DNA of 64,000 nucleotides from Escherichia coli (GTDB lineage Bacteria; Pseudomonadota; Gammaproteobacteria; Enterobacterales; Enterobacteriaceae): NCBI RefSeq assembly GCF_048403405.1, contig NZ_CP183129.1; one strand, 5' to 3'. Shown piece by piece: positions 63,287 to 64,000 of this stretch (position 1 is its first letter; each line of letters starts with the position of its first letter). The notes under the pieces were generated by a model. It saw only the letters and a program-made list of their open reading frames with translations, ran no database searches and was not told where the DNA came from. The position numbers and the translations under genes were made by a program.

Positions 63287-63294
63287 ACATCATC

Positions 63295-64000
63295 ATGCCA
63301 AACTGGTGCTCGAACCGACTTGACATCACCTTACACAACGCGGCGGATATGCCGGCTCTTAAACACTGGATATATGCGGATGATGGGATACCCGCCTGGC
63401 AGACGGCGATAGCACAAAGTCTGCATTTGTTGCTGGCCGGCTGCGCGGGGATACTGAAACCGGTCAGACCGCTGTCTTTTCCGCCGTTACCGGAACTGAC
63501 TTCATACGGTGCAACCGGGCCTGTTTCCCCGGGAAACACGGCTTTCACGCACTGGGTTGACCTGCTGATGACTGCACCGGATTTGACACCGTCATGTTGT
63601 CAGCAAATCCATCAGTGGTATCAGATGTGGTTATCTGAAGGCGGGGCGTACCATTCCTGGGACTCGCTGACGGCGACGCAGAAAGCGAGACTGTCCCCGT
63701 TGTTATCGGGAAGCAGTTTTGACTGGCTTAACCGGTTTACCGGAGAGGATGAGAGCCGGGTGGCGACAGCCTGGGAGGATATTCAGTACCTTCGCAGTAC
63801 CGGAGAAGCCATACCGATGGATATGCGGACTCTGTTACCGACCAGCCTTGCGGCTGAATTACACGGTTTTAACGGCTGTTTATGGAAAACACCGGAGGTC
63901 ATCTGGCGGCAGGCGCGCTGGCAGGCGTTTGCCCCCGGTAACAGTACATATCACCTTTATCAGTGCCGTTATGGTGTGAAATGGCCGAACGGCAGTGGTT
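63295..64000 (+). CDS. hypothetical protein, 3'-partial at window end
   Basis: Open frame from ATG 63295 to the window edge, beginning MPNWCSNRLDITLHNAADMPALKHW; absent from the ORF track because it has no stop in the window. Possibly DUF1281-like (recalled, uncertain). Confidence 0.55.
   Translation, partial: MPNWCSNRLDITLHNAADMPALKHWIYADDGIPAWQTAIAQSLHLLLAGCAGILKPVRPLSFPPLPELTSYGATGPVSPGNTAFTHWVDLLMTAPDLTPSCCQQIHQWYQMWLSEGGAYHSWDSLTATQKARLSPLLSGSSFDWLNRFTGEDESRVATAWEDIQYLRSTGEAIPMDMRTLLPTSLAAELHGFNGCLWKTPEVIWRQARWQAFAPGNSTYHLYQCRYGVKWPNGSG

Overview
This window reads as part of an integrative conjugative element (ICE) with three compositional blocks. (1) 1-4400: a decayed mobile-DNA junction, with an ArdC-like pseudogene remnant, an IS3-family element whose orfB carries a nested IS110-family insertion plus two in-frame TAG codons, and an alpA regulator. 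(2) ~4400-31000: a strongly AT-rich, nine-gene minus-strand operon for a yersiniabactin-type hybrid NRPS/PKS siderophore, with a divergent TonB-dependent receptor. The architecture matches, from memory, the nrpXYRSUTABG locus described on Proteus mirabilis ICEPm1; no salicylate synthase or aryl-AMP ligase is present in the window. (3) 31700-54400: a GC-rich conjugation module of the ICEHin1056/PFGI-1 (GI-type type IV secretion) family, including a TraD coupling protein and a VirB4-like ATPase, entered through an IS200-like element and containing an unexpected trimeric autotransporter adhesin. (4) 54400-64000: a mixed cargo/leading-like region with a small tyrosine recombinase-like gene, a secreted GDSL hydrolase, small unknown genes and an intact ardC. 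The most interesting unexplained signals are a ~220-bp element present twice (55958-56175 and 58392-58612), each with its own sigma70-like promoter and three tandem pseudoknot-like units with covarying stems and conserved loops; a recurring two-hairpin, SD-sequestering 5' leader before three unrelated small genes; and a palindrome TGTTTCCACTGGAAACA repeated before traD and again before ardC. All calls are from reading the sequence and recalled family knowledge; no database search was run.
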